Assembly: GCA_964019425.1 (NCBI GenBank)
Contig: OZ025782.1
Location: 868,001 to 932,000 of the forward strand
Direction: 5' to 3'
Length of the DNA stretch: 64,000 nt
Origin: Flectonema sp. DT1601
Lineage: Eukaryota
Numbering within the stretch: position 1 is the stretch's first letter; every line of letters begins with the position of its first letter. Below are positions 47,153 through 59,317 of the stretch, in pieces. A program made the position numbers and the translations under genes. The notes under the pieces are model-generated. The model ran no database searches, was not told where the DNA came from, and was given only the letters and a program-made list of their open reading frames with translations.

Positions 47153-47265
47153 CCCCAAAGGAAGAAAATTCTTCCTAAGAGGTTAGCTAAATATTCCAAG
47201 CAAGCTCGGATGTTGAGACTGTACCAATAAAGTACAGAAACTACGTAGCTTTAGAATCGTTGGTT
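47153..47265 (-). ncRNA. Spliced-leader RNA gene (exon with a 2-nt insertion, GT donor, ~72-nt intron, T7 tract)
   Basis: SL exon ...TTTATTG|GTACAG, then hairpin tccgag-cttg-cttgga, a U-rich single strand (candidate Sm site), hairpin aggaagaa-tt-ttcttcct and TTTTTTT. Confidence 0.9.
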
Positions 47266-48424
47266 AACCTTAAAAAGAAGTTACCCCAGGTAATTAGAAC
47301 AACACATTCATAAAAAGTACTGCCCTGCATCAACTCACAGACAGCAGGATCCACAATCTTGTGACTGCGTTGAAGAAAGGTTCTTTGATTGCGATGATCC
47401 TGCCTTTGTGAAAAACACTTGATGCGTTGTATACTTCGCCAAAGGTGGTCATTGAAAAGGTATGCATGATAAACCTGTTGTGAATAATATAAGTAAAAGG
47501 TAATTGAAAGTAACTTACTATACGGGTGTTGGTTTCTATCATTTTTTTTTTTTAATCTGTAAATTCTTTAGTAGAAAAATAACATAATTTTTTGGAAGCT
47601 GTGTAACGAAAAAGAGGAAAAAATGGAGAAGAAGAGTTCCTACTAATAACATAACAGAGGTTTATCACTCCGCGTCTGAAAAACTTCTTCTCCGACGGTA
47701 CAATAAATAAAAAAGAAACGTTCGTAAAGAACGTTCATAAGAGTAATGAGAATAATAAGCATAAGGCAGACGTACCAGAGGAAAGAACCGAAAAGAGAGA
47801 AAAAAAACGAAATCGGCACCTCACCAGTAATTTTTCAGACTTTGTTCACTTGGAACCGACAAGCGGAAAGTAAAAGTTTTAACGTTATGCTCCACCATTC
47901 GTAAAACATGTTTTGTTTTACGAGTAGAGATTTTTTCTTCGACATAACTGTTTCATGCGAAGGAAAAGAAAAGGGCTCTAAGTATTGAACATTACTTTGT
48001 GTGGTTTCACATATTTCGGATTATTTTCGGCCCACCGGGCACAAGTGGTGTACTTTCAACACACCCTTTTTTTTCCCCATTGCCATTTTTTCGGGCATTC
48101 CGAGTAGCCGAGACGTAAGCTGTTTCAGATTTGAGATTGGGACTTATTGACCAAGAGAATGATTAACTATCCAACGTTGTTGTATGGCATGAGGACTCAG
48201 GGTGACTTAATCCGTAGCAGTTTCCGAAGACTCAGTACGGATTTCCCAGTTCACCTTAACTGATGCCAAGTCTAAGCTCCTGAGAAGAGACAGATGGGGC
48301 TTTCTGTTGAGAACACTCATGTGTATGATCTGATTGCAAAAAAAGAAAAATGAAAATAGAGTGAGTTTTTTTTTTGATCTCTTTACAAAATCAAAAAAAA
48401 AAAAAAAAAAAAAAAGCGAGACTA

Positions 48425-50668
48425 CTATTCAGTGATAGTAAAGTCAACCTCGACAGCCTTATAGTAGATTGACGTATGAGCGCCTTGAGCACCCGGTTGC
48501 ATGCTTCCAATATACAAGCTGTATTTACCGGGTAACGTAGTAAACGGTGATGTCTCGCTCTGCATTAATCGAAAGGCTTTTCCAAAAATTTCAATGCAGA
48601 CTTCTAAAGTTCTCCCAGGAAGGACAGATTCTGTTCTTGTAAACCCAACGAGCATCATTTGAGGTGTTTTTGCAGCGAACTTTGGTGGTACTGTGTAAAT
48701 CTGAACAACCTCTTCAAGTTCAACAGTACCAGAATTCATTATCGAAACACAAACTGATGAAGAAGCAGCCACATCACCAGAAGGGATAGCCGATGGCTTC
48801 ACTGTAGCACTCATATACCGGAAATTAGAATAAGTCAATCCATAACCAAATTTATACAATGGCGCACCCATTAAATATCTATATGTTCTTCCAGCAGTAC
48901 CAGGGGTATTAAGTGACATGTCTAATTCATTAGCTACTTGGCTCATACCAGTTGGCCATGTCATTGGTAGTTTCCCTGTAGGAGAGTGTTTTCCAGCAAT
49001 AAGCTCACCCAATGCTTCCCCTCCTTTGGTTCCTCCGTACCACATTAGTAGGATGGCGTCTATATTCTTTGCCTCCCAATTCATTGAAATCGGACCTCCA
49101 GTCATAACCACCAAAAGAAGCTTCTTTGCAACAGGTTTTAATTTTTGTAATAAAAGAGTCTGCTGTCCAGGCATTTTTAAATCTGGGCGATCGCGTCCTT
49201 CACCTTCGCAGTGGGCTCCGCCTTTGCCTTGACCGCCTTCACAGTTGCGATTTCCACCAACGAAGATGACTGCGTCTGCTGTTTCGGCTGCGGCCAGAAC
49301 TTCAGGGAATTCTGATGTGTTGTTGTCTTCAACGTTGACACCGTGGATGTATTCAATTTGACTGTTCGGAAATGATTTCCTTATCCCTTCCAACGGCGTA
49401 ACTATGGAACAGTTGTTGAGAACTGGACCGTTTGCAAAATGACATCCGTAGTAGTTTCCTAACAAAGCATACTTATCGTCAGCCCCCCATCCGACAACTA
49501 ATATCTTTTGAAGTGGCTTCACCCACGGCAACTGAGACGCAGACATCACAGTGTTTCTTAACAACACCTGTGATCGTAATGCCACCGTCTTAGCAGTCTC
49601 TAAGTGACCTTCAGACGCGATGTCTTTCTGTCCAAGAGATGAATACTGAACTCTGGATGGTGGGTCAAACATGCCAGCGGCAACACGAGCGTTGAATAGT
49701 CTTGTTAAGGCAGTGTTGATTTTATTAATAGTTATCTTCTTTTGTTCTAATGCCTGGGTGAGGTTGAGGTACGCGTCTCCAGAATTCAGATCAACACCAG
49801 CGTTCAGAGTTGCAGCTGCAGCATCTACTCGATTCGTAAATCTTTTAAATTTTGTAACCATGAAAGCAATAGCACCTGTATCAGTTACAATGTACTGTTC
49901 AGGTTTAGTGAAATTGAAATGCGGATCGTCGCGAAGGACAGACTGAAGCATTGGCGACATACACATCGGATTGCCATTAACTCCATTGTAAGCGCACATA
50001 ATAGATGCAGCGTTTGAGGCACACGCTTCCCAAACAGGTAAATAATACTGCTGTAAATCAATATTTGTGATATTCGGATCAAATGATAACCTTGGTGGTT
50101 CGTTATCAACTCCGTACGCAACGAAGGCTTTGCACGTTGCTAACGTCTCGTAAATATCTTTTTGAGGTCCGTTTTGTAAGCCATCAATATATGCCTCTGT
50201 GAGAACAGTTGCTAAGAATGGATCTTCTCCGTATGTTTCCTGTCCACGTCCCCAGATTGGATCACGCATTAAGTTTCCAACTGGTCCCCAAAGGTCAAGT
50301 CCATAATTCATAGGTGAATTTCCGTCACTTGCATTGACTGCGATATTGTGTTTGGCACGAGCCTCATCAGAAGTGACTCTTCCAGCATTGTATATGTCTT
50401 TCTTACTCCAGGTTGCTGCCATTCCAATTGTTTGAACAAACTGAGTACTGACACCATTATCAACAAGACCATGTTGGACATTATTCCTCCAGTGGTATGA
50501 TTTTATTCCAAGTCTTGGTATCTCTGGAGTGTCTGTTATCATTTGTTGGATCTTCTCTTCAGTAGTCATCTCATTTATTAAACTTCTCACCCTCTCAGCT
50601 CTTGGTAAAGTCCAATTGAACCATGGCTGAATACCAACACTAGTAGTGACTAAGGTAGAGAGTAACAT
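48425..50668 (-). CDS. Secreted GH3 beta-xylosidase/beta-glucosidase-like enzyme
   Basis: RDPIWGRGQETYGEDP, IMCAYNGVNG, nucleophile region YIVTDTGAI, EGEGRDR, FGYGLTYSNF and a C-terminal Fn3-like domain. Confidence 0.95.
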   Translation of the reverse strand: MLLSTLVTTSVGIQPWFNWTLPRAERVRSLINEMTTEEKIQQMITDTPEIPRLGIKSYHWRNNVQHGLVDNGVSTQFVQTIGMAATWSKKDIYNAGRVTSDEARAKHNIAVNASDGNSPMNYGLDLWGPVGNLMRDPIWGRGQETYGEDPFLATVLTEAYIDGLQNGPQKDIYETLATCKAFVAYGVDNEPPRLSFDPNITNIDLQQYYLPVWEACASNAASIMCAYNGVNGNPMCMSPMLQSVLRDDPHFNFTKPEQYIVTDTGAIAFMVTKFKRFTNRVDAAAATLNAGVDLNSGDAYLNLTQALEQKKITINKINTALTRLFNARVAAGMFDPPSRVQYSSLGQKDIASEGHLETAKTVALRSQVLLRNTVMSASQLPWVKPLQKILVVGWGADDKYALLGNYYGCHFANGPVLNNCSIVTPLEGIRKSFPNSQIEYIHGVNVEDNNTSEFPEVLAAAETADAVIFVGGNRNCEGGQGKGGAHCEGEGRDRPDLKMPGQQTLLLQKLKPVAKKLLLVVMTGGPISMNWEAKNIDAILLMWYGGTKGGEALGELIAGKHSPTGKLPMTWPTGMSQVANELDMSLNTPGTAGRTYRYLMGAPLYKFGYGLTYSNFRYMSATVKPSAIPSGDVAASSSVCVSIMNSGTVELEEVVQIYTVPPKFAAKTPQMMLVGFTRTESVLPGRTLEVCIEIFGKAFRLMQSETSPFTTLPGKYSLYIGSMQPGAQGAHTSIYYKAVEVDFTITE

Positions 50669-51240
50669 CTAAAAATGTTGTTATATCTGTGGTAAAGGGT
50701 TGTTACTTATAATATTTACTTCAAGCAAAAGTTAAGAGAGCAAGATGCAAAAAAAAGAAAAATAGTAATTTGTACAATCGAGGAGACGAGGCAATGAAAC
50801 AGAAAGTGCCAGCATGCTTTTTCCCAATTCCAATTCCAACCCATATTTCTATTTGCTGAAAAGACGAAAATGAACGAAACCCTTATTTTCATCTCAGGGT
50901 AGAAATAGGCACACAGCGCAGAAAAGCATTGCAGAGGTACATGAAAAATAAAGTTATTCAAAATAAAAATAGGTAAATTGAAGCAAGCGAAGCGAGCCGG
51001 TTCTCTAGCGCGGGTTTGTGGGTTTTCCTTTCAGCAAACCCGCACAAGTTAAAAAAAAACAAGTACTAAAAAAAAAGAAATTCTTTACTAAGGGTACAAA
51101 CATTTACCAGAAGGGCTCTTCACAATGATTTCATATTAGACTGTCAAAAAAGAAATAACATCTAAAGATGACAACAATAACACGAAGCAATACGAAGTTA
51201 CAATCACGCGTGAGTCACATCAACGGAACGGATAAATGAA

Positions 51241-52188
51241 TCAAAAGTTGTAAACCGTTTTGGCGTTGTCAGCTAACAGAGAGTTTCGCTCACTCGAAGT
51301 CGGCTTCATGTCAATCAAAACGTTGTTTAGGATTTGGGACCAACGAGCGTAGGTCGAAAATTTTGTAACAACAAACCAATTTCCTCCAAAAAAGGAACGA
51401 GCATAACCAAATTGCCGAATACCTGCTTCGATATAAGGCTGTACCTGTTGTTGGGTGAACTCATTCCAGGAAAGAGCAGAACGCTCAGGGACACCAGATA
51501 CCTTTAACACAACATTAGGTAAGGAGCTCATTCTCTTGATGTAACTAAACCAGGAATTGAAGTTTTTGGAATCACCGGAAATTGTCATGTTCGGGTTCCC
51601 TAAGTGCTGCAGCACCACAGTGAGATTCTTCGGTGCAGAGTTAGCAAAAAAATCGTACGTGCAATCGAATTGAGAACCACTTCTTGTAAGCAACTCAAAT
51701 AGTAGATTGTGTCTGGCCAATACTGCCAACCCATCAGTGAAGTTAGAATTCTTGGTAAACCAGCAGAAGTCTCCGTCGACTGGATCGAGGATCCTGCGTA
51801 TCCCACGCAACTTTCCCTTTGAAGCTGCTTGCAACTCGTTTATTTCACGTTCAACAGAAAAACCCTTCTCTACTGATGCGTAGCCTACTATCGCCCCCAA
51901 GTTGACCGGAGAATCAGTTGCACTGGAAAACATCGACTCCACCCAAGCAACTTCCTTCACCGAGTCTTCAGGAACGACAGATGCCTGCATAAAAACAATA
52001 TCACGAACCACTCCTAACTTGTTGGCTGCTGCTGAATCAGCTTCGTAGTCAACAGGATGGTGTGAAGTATGCACCCAGTTTTGTGAATAATTAAAGAGTT
52101 GCAGATTAGCGAAGTGAACGTGCGTATCAGTTATAGCTGTCGAACCGAGGGCAAGGAGCAGCAAAATAACGAAACGAGATCTCGTCAT
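51241..52188 (-). CDS. Amidohydrolase_2 family lactonase (L-fuconolactonase-like) with a signal peptide
   Basis: DTHVHF, RGIRR, QHLGNP, LKVSG and FGGNW motifs; hydrophobic N-terminus from ATG 52188. Confidence 0.85.
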   Translation of the reverse strand: MTRSRFVILLLLALGSTAITDTHVHFANLQLFNYSQNWVHTSHHPVDYEADSAAANKLGVVRDIVFMQASVVPEDSVKEVAWVESMFSSATDSPVNLGAIVGYASVEKGFSVEREINELQAASKGKLRGIRRILDPVDGDFCWFTKNSNFTDGLAVLARHNLLFELLTRSGSQFDCTYDFFANSAPKNLTVVLQHLGNPNMTISGDSKNFNSWFSYIKRMSSLPNVVLKVSGVPERSALSWNEFTQQQVQPYIEAGIRQFGYARSFFGGNWFVVTKFSTYARWSQILNNVLIDMKPTSSERNSLLADNAKTVYNF

Positions 52189-52633
52189 CTCAGTTTTTTT
52201 CTTTTCCTGGAGTCTGGCAAATATCATACATATTATTGCAAAAGACATAAATCATACTGCTGCTAAATACGAAATCTCAGCATCCTATTTTTTTTGTAAC
52301 TGAGAAAGTAAGATACACGCACAGAGTTATACAATTGCTCCAATTACGGAGTCTGATAATTCTTCGTTGAGTACGACGCTTTTAATAAAGCTGCACCAAG
52401 TTGAAGAGAGGAATCGAACAACTGAAGGTTTTGAATTGAAGGTTCCGCTTGCGCAGGAAATTGAAATCGGCAGAATCGGGTCAAAAAGTATTCCAATTTG
52501 CTAGCTGTAGATTAGCAGAAAACGAAAAATCTAAATAATGAAATCTGGGTACAAATTACTGCGGCACCGCGGAGTAAAAGAAAACTCCAATAACTGATAA
52601 AAGAATGTTTGCAAACAACGAGGAGTTTCTAAA

Positions 52634-55600
52634 CTACAGTTCGTGAGGTGATATCACAGCATGAGTATTCCTTGCCATGGCTAAGATACCTTTCCATTCC
52701 TCAACATCGTCAAAGACAGCAGAGAACGCTCCTATGCAAATGAGCTTTTTCTTCGCTCTGGTGAAGGCGACGTTCAGCCTCCGCGGATCTCGTACGAGTG
52801 GACCAACGTGATCACCTGGTGATTTAGCGAGTGTGATGATAACAACTTCCATATCCTTTCCCTGAGACTGATCAATAGAATATATATCAGGATGAGTAGG
52901 ATCAAGGTGCTTAAGAAGTTCCAACTGAGGGCGGAAAGGTGTAATAACTCCAACAGAACTGATTCCCATTGAATTGAATAACTTCGACATTCGTAAAGCC
53001 ATGTCAGCCTCCAAGTTACTTTCATTTGTGTTTCGTTGTATTGCCTCAGAGCTGCTTATGTCTTCTATGTCAATGCAAGAACGATGTTTCCTAAAGTCCA
53101 TTAAGGATGTATCAATAAACAACACTGGAGGTTCTGCTGACAAACACATCTTCATTGATCGCCCGTGCTCTTCAAGATTGACGGGACGATCACTGTACAA
53201 CCTCTGCCTCGCAACGTAGTCCGCCCCTGGAATCAGAGAACCGTTGTACATTAGGAGATTCGAAAAAGCAGCTATTTCAGCATTCATCCGAAATTGTCTC
53301 GTCAGAGTTGTAACAGCACTTGGATGAGTCGTAGCGAGGCATTGCAACAGAGAAACATTTGCTCCTTCTTCTCTTGCAACTTCACTACGAACGACAGGTG
53401 GCAACTGAAAGTGATCTCCGACAAGAACGAATCGACTGTCTGGAGAGCAGCATAGCATCGGACCCACTGCAACTGATTGCAGAAGTTGAGCTGCTTCATC
53501 AACGATTAGAAAATCAAACTCGTATCGACTAGAAGGTGAACCAACAATAGGATGATGAACTGAATGCGCTGTACATAAAACTACATCAATTGAATTCATA
53601 AATTGATCAATTTCGCAGTGATTCTTAAAATCAGAAGCTCTGAAAACGAAAGGTCTCACTCTCTCGTGAACTGACTCCACAGAAGACGCCACTCGAACTA
53701 ATCTCACGTCGCTTCCAATTTCCATTATTTTCATCGCAATCGTATCGACTGCGGAATTGGTTCCTGAAGTGATCAATATTTTTGCTGATTTCACACCAAT
53801 TCGATTCTGCCTCTGTGCCGCTAATACGCTCACTAACTTCGCAATTAGAAAACTTTTACCCGTCCCTGGAAGCCCCTGCACAATGTGATAGTCTTTGCAC
53901 TTCAGTATTTTGTTAATTGCAATATTTTGGTCTTCGTTCAGCCCAGATTTGAGGGAAATCAACTCAGCTAACTGTTGCTTACTATCGTGAGTATCGTAGT
54001 TGGGAGCTTGTTTTTCAATCACAAGGCTTCTCAACCTCGCGAACTGCGGTCGCATGCACAGGGAAATGATATTACCCCTTTGGCGGGACAGAATATACTT
54101 CGCAGATCTTGAAGATGCTGCCAACTCAAGAGACATCCAACGATCCCAATTCCTTAAATAGTTTAATTGTGTTTGCGAATGTTGAAGTTCCTTCCAACCT
54201 GATTGGTTCTGAAATACAGAGTTGTTTAATATTGATGCGTGTCCAACTTTTGCTGACCCAACTCTTGTGAGGGGAGTATCTTGGGAATCATCGCTAGTTG
54301 GCTTATTTTTGCCTGTTTCGCCAAAAATCAATTCAAATTTTGAAAAACTTGCTGGTGGTGTCATGTCGTTCACTTCTGCTAGGGCCAAACACGCCTCAGT
54401 GTTGCTGCACCACCTGCACAACATTTGATGTGTGTAGTTTGGAGGAGGACCAACTTTGGATTTCTTTATATAACGTGCTAACCTGTTGCGCAAGCGAATT
54501 ACGTGGACGATCTCATTCCAGAGAGTTTCCCGAGTGATGGTCGTAAACCTAGCTAGAGAACCTTTAGGTAAGTATGCCAACATTCCCGTTGTGATCCCTC
54601 CTTGGCCAAAAGTCTTTGATAATAATAAGTAAACAAACAACTGAGCTTTATGATGTGATCTGAGAATTGCTCGCCCTTTGGGCAGGTGTTGCATAGTTTT
54701 AATTTCCAGTGCACACGGCTCGTTACCAGGTTGGATTACTCCCTCGACATCAACAATACCTCGCATACCATGGTCAGCGCATGCTACAGGTTTTTCTATA
54801 TCAGTTACTTGCAACTGTACTCGCGAATCTCCAGATCGAAGGCTTTCAGCCACACCTACTCGCCCTTTTAGCGTTTGAACGCAATGTCTTATCGCTGAGT
54901 TGAATGCAGGCAAATCTGAGAGTAGCTTCAATCGATCATCGTCAGTGCAACTAAATACCTCCAAATTTATTGACGGATCTTGCAGAGCTTCTGTAACCGC
55001 CTTACTGATAACTTCATCGCTTTCTACAGACATTAGGTCGATCTCTGGCGATATTAGCTTCTGGACGACTCGATGGATTATAGTTCCTGTTTGGGTTATT
55101 TGTCGGCTTCTTGTTGGATCTGAAGGTTTTACAAAAAGAATCGGCCAACTTGCTTTTTTCTTAAACAAAACAAAAGTGTGAGTAATTACTTTTTTACTCA
55201 CATTTTTGTTTTGCGCAACCGGAACAAAATCTCAATAAAGGAACAGGCAAGTTACGCTGCCACAATTCTACCTACAATTCTAATGAATGTAATAATAAAT
55301 ACAAACCAGTAACCGCTGCGTGTGAACCATTTCCTATTGAAGGTTTGCAAATAGAACTCAGCCATGCACGTCTCATACATTGCACAGATGCTGAAGTATC
55401 CGTCGCTGTGGTTACGATTTCAGGATCAATGATAGCAATTACTGGGGCCTTGTCATCTGCTCCCACACCGAGAGCAGAAATCAGATTGCCATCACGTCCC
55501 TGATATGTTCCCCAGAGTGGGGGTGGATTATCCTTCTCAACATCATGAATGATGACATTTATCTTAGTCCCTTTATCAACAGGGCTAGTCATCCAACCTC

Positions 55601-56828
55601 CACAAAGTACTAACTTTGTGATGAGCAACGTCTCAGGTTGTGTAACTGAGATTACTTTTCCAACAGCTGATGCCTCCTCCCCAAGAAATTGAAAAGGGAC
55701 TGCAGATTCTGGCTGCTCGTAAGCAGTAAAATAAGCAACATGGTAAGAATTCTTGTTGTGAAAAATTATGTTGCAATTGATACTGGACTCAACTTCTCTG
55801 TGAAACGAGCAGATAAAGCAGGACAGCGCAGCAGCTGCAGCTACAACGGCACTATAACTTTCCACTTTATGTGACAGTGTGTTAGTTTGTCTTTGCAGCA
55901 GGTCGCGGGTACCATCATTTTGGATTATTGAAAACCGAGATTTTCTGTTTTTTACACCTGACAAAGGGCCGATTAAGGGAACTGAAGATACACTCTTGCG
56001 GCATTCACTATCAACATCTACAATTTCGTCTGGTTTGCAATTTACTCCACCTGCTACTACTGAAGATGAATTAGTGAAGGAATTGATAGGTTCGGAATTG
56101 AAGACAGAGTTTGATGAAATAATAGTCATCGAGGTACGTGATGTGGTCCTCTCCCGGTTGTGTTCAATTGCACCCACAGATGATGCCACAATCGAACATT
56201 CCGGATTTGTACGTGTGAATGTTGTGTTTGTTTTATTACGCGTCGGCAACGCAGCCTTCGAAGAAGCATTAATCGAAGAAACAATATTCACTGAAGGGAT
56301 ACCCGCAAGTTGCTTCCGTTGCATCTTACCTCCCCCAACGGGTGTGGCAAAGGGTGTGGTTGGGGTACGTCTTTGTGATCGGTTTCGCTCTTCCGGTTCT
56401 TTAGGTTTTTTATCTTCCTCTTTACTTTGTGATTCTTGGCGCGGAACAGCTTGGAACGGGGTTGCGAATTTTTTCTTCTTAGTAATAGCAGCAGTAACGG
56501 TGATGTCTTCTTCATCTTGTTGAAGGAGCTTCTTAAGATCCGTGGCAGATGACTGTTGACAAACTTTAGAAGTAGATAATGGTACTTTATTAGTCACATC
56601 AGCTGTCGGAAGTATTCCAACTCTGCAACGCGCACTCTGCTCACAATTCTTAAAATCATTTTCATCATCAGAGCAAAGTAAGATCACATTCTCCTGTCCG
56701 TTAATCTTTTGCTCTTTCCCCCGCTGTAAGAACTGCAGCATGCATTGACGACTTGCTCCACATTCTTTAACCAGGAGTTCCTTCTTTCGTTTTGTCGCAG
56801 CTTTGGGAGGTTTTTTCCGCTTCGTCAT
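52634..56828 (-). CDS. DNA2: DNA2 nuclease/helicase, intron 55087-55306
   Basis: CMRRAWLS; the spliced junction gives HAAVTG|TIIHRVVQ. Nuclease GMRGIVD...LEIKT, Fe-S CRWC...C, and SF1 motifs GLPGTGKS, DEAAQ, VGDHFQLPPVV, RRLNVAFTRAK. Confidence 0.92.
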
Positions 56829-59317
56829 TTTGTGTTACATTTGGTTCTGAGTACGAAAATGTGTGAAGTCCCTTGAACTCAATTTGCTCGGATTTAACAA
56901 ATTAAATTTTATCTTTGGACTCCTATAAAAAGAATGAATAATTCGCATGAGAGAGCAGCCATAAACGGAGATATCGCAAGAGCCCACTATTTGAGGGGAC
57001 TGTACTTTGCCTCTGCTGACCAAGAGTGAAGCAAGCAACAATAAAAGAAAACTGTAAACTTGAAACACAAATGTAACTAAATACTGGACTTCAACAAAAG
57101 GAAGTTCATTAATCCCTATGCTGGACAGAGACATCCTATTAGGTGCGTCAACTTTTTTGATGAAATCCAGATTCCAGAACATCTTGTAAAAAGCGGGTTT
57201 CGCACCCAGAAAGAAGAACTTATGAAAAAATACAAAAAAAGGAACGGGAACAGAAAGAACAAAAAAAATTTTAACTATTTTTACTACGGGAGATGACAAG
57301 GTCAGCAACTTCTCAAAGACACCAGAGTATTCCCTTTTCAAAAGCAACAAGTGACTACCGAGACTCACATCAGGATCGCAGCTTCAAAAATCAGAAGCTT
57401 TAAGTTGATTCGTGGTCAAAAGAAGCACAAGACGACGTTATCGAAAACAATGGCTTCTTATTTTACGGAAAAGTGCTCCATTAGTTCGACAGAAATGTTA
57501 CCGGTGTTGTTTTTCAATGCACGTGTGTCAGGTTTCGTAACCAAAGTTGGGAGAAAAAACACGTTTTTGAAGGCAGGGTGTTCATAATAGGGTGTTCATA
57601 ATAAGGACAAGCATTGCTGCAATAATAAATGAAGATTCCAATACATCAGAACCAACCGCTAAAGGTGGTTAAAAAAGAGTTGAAAGCAGAGCTGACCTTC
57701 GCCGAACACCAGACAAGGACACCAAGGTGAACACTGACAATCTCGTGAGCCACACTAAGGTAAGAATTGCTCTCTAAACGTAAGCCGTTAAACAAAGCTT
57801 AACAAGAGTACGTAATCCCTTTGTCAGATGCAAAAAGTAAACAAAACAAACAAACAAACAAATAACAGAAACTAAATTCCTACGCAAGGCTGTACTTCGG
57901 GTGTCTTAATTGCAAGCAAGAAATAAAAATAATTTTCTTTTTTACCAACAACAATTCCTTCATATCGCAAATGAGCTTCAGCAATGTATCCACATCGACT
58001 TCGAAGTAAGCTTGTTGAGGACAAGGTCATCTGTGGGCGCAAGGAACTACCAGACATGACAAACCAACGCAAGTGTATTGTGGCTTCAAGTAGCTGCATA
58101 TGGTCTCCGTCAACTCAAAGCTGAGGCAATCATTGCTATAAAGGAGTGACAGCCAGAGTTAACGCAATTCGACCAACACCTCCAGAGTAGCATACTTGTG
58201 CTCCCTGACATCACAAATAACAAAGGATGGTCTATAATGGGTAGATCAAGGCTAGAGAGGAAATCTACTTTTTATTTTCCCGACGAAAACTACAATTATA
58301 AATATAAATTCAAAATAGAAAGAAAATCTGAATAAGGGAGAACCAAAAAAAGAATGGATTAAAAAAAGGAACGAGTGCTGACTTTCCGGTGGTCAATCCG
58401 ATATTTCGGATTCAGACCACACACTTAAAATAGAAAGTCAACAGTTGTAATTCTCGTTGTCTCCATCCATAAACTCTCCTAACACGAAAGAATAAACGAA
58501 TTGCAATTCAATTCTTCAGCACATGTTTCTAAACTGAGCTGACACACACGCAGTCCTCAAACTGAACATGTGTGAGAAGGATAGCTTCCAGAATGCTGTT
58601 TGCATTTTTCATTATTGCTTACAACAGCAAGAAAAGATTCCAATACTTATAATTCATTTGTGTATTTCTTACTTTACCACATCAGATTACTTTCCTTAAT
58701 TATGACGGGGGAAGATATGGAGTTCCGTGTGTATTGATTGATGGAATGGTGAGAAACTCACCTCCATTTCACAACAGTTATCAAATGGTTTTAGCTTCTT
58801 GCCTCACCAGGAACCTCTACTTCATAAGTAAATGAAGCGACTTGAATAATTAAGGGAAGAGACGACGAAAGGTAATTGCAATAATGTTACTATTATGAAA
58901 TCAAAAAATAAACTCAAAAAAAAATAAGTTCATTTGTTTTCCTTCTTTTTCTGACGTACGCACTATTCTGTGAGCTAGTAGCCAGTATTTAGGTATTAGC
59001 AGGAGTTTTCATAAAAGCAAATAAATCGGACAAATAATGATTTGGTTTCAGACATGCATCTCTGTGTGGAGTTAGGGTGTTAGTTTTAAAAAAATAGTGA
59101 GCCGTTTAGCCACAGTTAGTATCATTAATTCCAGTTAGCTATATTATCACAAGTTAAAAAAAAAACACATCCACTAACCTAGCCCCCTTCCAAGGACTAC
59201 GTCAACTCTACTTCTCTAAATACATGTCAGTCTTCCCATATCAATTAACCGATACCAAGCAGTGAGCAGCGCTGAGTTTATTTTATTGGGAAAAGTACTC
59301 GTGTTCTAATTAAGCGG

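Noticed and set aside
57700..58210. Possible decayed - strand coding exons
   Set aside because: All frames are interrupted and no family is recognisable.
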